Shown here piece after piece: positions 62,465 through 64,000 of a DNA stretch of 64,000 nucleotides; position 1 is the first letter of the stretch, and every line of letters begins with the position of its first letter. Under the pieces are notes generated by a model. That model was not told the DNA's origin. It saw only the letters and a list, made by a program, of their open reading frames with translations, and searched no databases. Source of the DNA: Vicinamibacterales bacterium (GTDB lineage: Bacteria > Acidobacteriota > Vicinamibacteria > Vicinamibacterales > UBA8438). The stretch is from assembly GCA_964291605.2 (NCBI GenBank), contig OZ219745.1, positions 5,001,934 to 5,065,933 of the forward strand, in the 5' to 3' direction. The position numbers were made by a program, and so were the translations under genes.

Positions 62465-64000
62465 TCAGGACTCCCATGGGAGAGGATCGCGTTTCACCAC
62501 CTGCGGCCGCATGAAGCCGACAGGTCCCGTCTCCGACAGACCATAGGCTCCAGAGATCCGAAGGAGCGGGTAACCCCGCGCAGGATCCAGCAGTTTCACG
62601 GACTTTACGCAGACTACGGTCCACACAATACCCAGATTGTGTCGTTGCATGAGTTCCTTCAGAAAATCCTCTCGCACCAGTAGGGCGCTCGGACCTGCCG
62701 CGTACGCACTCGGATCATGGGCAGCGACATTGCCGTTCGCATCCAGAAAGTCCGCCGCCTGTCCGCTCCAACGCAGCGTTCCCATCTGCACGATCCGCTG
62801 AACCGGGAGTTGAAGGCATTCGTCCGCGGATGCCAAATGGTCGGCCCGACCTGCGCCCAACGGGAATTTCGCGGCTAGCGCTTCAAGACGGACCGGCGCG
62901 TACCTGCTGGGCCGAGCCTCAAATAGGTTCCCGAGCGGCACTTGCCTGTAGGCCGCTGCTGGCGCCCAACCGTGTTCGCCAAGGAACACCTCGTGTACCT
63001 CGGCAACGTCGTCGATGCCGGCATCTACCGCGGGCAGTGCGCTGGCCCACTCCAGAAAAGTCTGGACGTCCTCCGAGCGCGTGATGTACGCAGTGATCCA
63101 CCACGCTACCTCGCCACGCTCGACCTCGAACACTCTTCGTCCGACCGGCGGCTCCTGTTTCCATCTGAAGTAGCTGTTGCCATTGAGCCACGTCGTACCC
63201 GTTCCTGGATTGCGTGGCGCCAAGAGGTCCTCAACCTTCGGCAAGTCGTCGTAGCGCCGGACCCAGACTCCAAGTCGGTCGGAAGTCTCCCACCGATCGT
63301 ATCTTCCGCCAGTCCACCAGACCCCCCGATTACCTCGCCGGTAGCTCCATCGTCTCCCGCTCGGAGGCGTTCCCGTGTACGTCGGATCGATGTCGCGCAG
63401 CCGATTCTGCCAAGGACCCGCATAACGGTGGTCACGCTCAATCTCCACGGGATGCTCTCTGTACTGGAAGTGGTCCGCGATCAGCGCAAGTACCTCTCGG
63501 TACGCGATCCACTGGTACTTGCGGCCGATGCTCTCTTTAGTCGAAAATCGTCCGATTCCGTCGAGGTCCCAGGTGCGGTCGTACTTCGCGAATCTCTCCG
63601 TTGTCCATCCCAGCGCGAATACCCGCTGCAGTACGTAGCGCTCGATTTGACTGCGGTCAAACGTCGGTATGGGAGAGCTGTCCCTGTTTCTATCTCCTGG
63701 TTCGCTTGGTTCCTGCCACGCTGGCTGGTCTAGTCCGAGCAACAACCACTCTCCCGAGCACCCCCAGGTATCTCGGATGACTCGATGCAACTCTCCCTCC
63801 AGCACCGAGTGGCCAATATGGTTCCGGGCCCAGTCGTCGCCCTCGCGCTTGTGGGGGTTGTGCTCGGAACTTGGCAGCAACGGCGCCACGGCCTCCTCGC
63901 TGGGAAACTCCGGTGGCGTGCTGTCGTACGGCGGACGCAGTCGCGTCACGTCCACGTCGACCCGCGATCCCAGGTAAAGCGCTCGCTCGACGACGCCCCG
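62465..64000 (-). CDS. Large hypothetical protein, C-terminal >=511 aa (the N-terminus lies beyond the window edge)
   Basis: The frame remains open from the listed GTG at 63955 to base 64000. GC is visibly lower than in the rest of the window. I can name no domain. The segment ESIGRKYQWIAYREVLALIADHFQYRE vaguely recalls C-terminal regions of large NTPase-type accessory proteins. Confidence 0.6.
   Translation of the reverse strand, partial: RGVVERALYLGSRVDVDVTRLRPPYDSTPPEFPSEEAVAPLLPSSEHNPHKREGDDWARNHIGHSVLEGELHRVIRDTWGCSGEWLLLGLDQPAWQEPSEPGDRNRDSSPIPTFDRSQIERYVLQRVFALGWTTERFAKYDRTWDLDGIGRFSTKESIGRKYQWIAYREVLALIADHFQYREHPVEIERDHRYAGPWQNRLRDIDPTYTGTPPSGRRWSYRRGNRGVWWTGGRYDRWETSDRLGVWVRRYDDLPKVEDLLAPRNPGTGTTWLNGNSYFRWKQEPPVGRRVFEVERGEVAWWITAYITRSEDVQTFLEWASALPAVDAGIDDVAEVHEVFLGEHGWAPAAAYRQVPLGNLFEARPSRYAPVRLEALAAKFPLGAGRADHLASADECLQLPVQRIVQMGTLRWSGQAADFLDANGNVAAHDPSAYAAGPSALLVREDFLKELMQRHNLGIVWTVVCVKSVKLLDPARGYPLLRISGAYGLSETGPVGFMRPQVVKRDPLPWES

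Overview
Very GC-rich bacterial chromosomal window, judged by eye and not computed. Gene content points to a soil-type Gram-negative such as Acidobacteriota, Gemmatimonadota or Planctomycetota, but this taxonomic guess is weak. I support about 50 genes. They include a DUF1592/DUF1552 pair, a fused GAF-PAS-histidine kinase-receiver-wHTH protein, a tannase-family esterase, a family III CoA-transferase, and CHRD, DUF3014, nadE, an OPT transporter with a coupled PqqD-like gene, and metF. Further along are two tandem CBM9/DUF5916 proteins, DUF3500, a GAF-PP2C phosphatase and a nucleotide pyrophosphatase. An ICL/PEP-mutase enzyme is followed by a form-II coxSLM-DEG-type cluster, then divergent ku/ligD and an orphan CusA/CzcA RND pump. 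Next come two PQQ dehydrogenases, furA-katG, a SoxCD-like sulfite dehydrogenase, a lactonase, DUF2490 and a beta carbonic anhydrase. There are four tRNAs (His, two Arg, Lys). The most interesting signals are six. (1) A decayed tandem segmental duplication carries a secreted surface-protein gene with a (CCAG)n tetranucleotide tract between its start codon and signal peptide, which is a phase-variation-type architecture. (2) A roughly 90-nt element occurs three times, each time starting exactly at the TAG stop of an unrelated minus-strand gene, and its hairpin shows a compensatory base-pair change. (3) A translationally coupled trio of uncharacterised secreted paralogs lies downstream of furA-katG. 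(4) Mobile-element debris and an orphan RND pump sit between two tRNA-Arg genes. (5) An intact ISL3 element with an 8-bp target duplication lies next to tRNA-Lys. (6) A visibly lower-GC partial gene runs off the right edge. No CRISPR array or rRNA was seen. Many long ORFs in the six-frame track are antisense or out-of-frame artefacts of the high GC content. All homology calls come from motif recognition by eye, and none was checked against a database.
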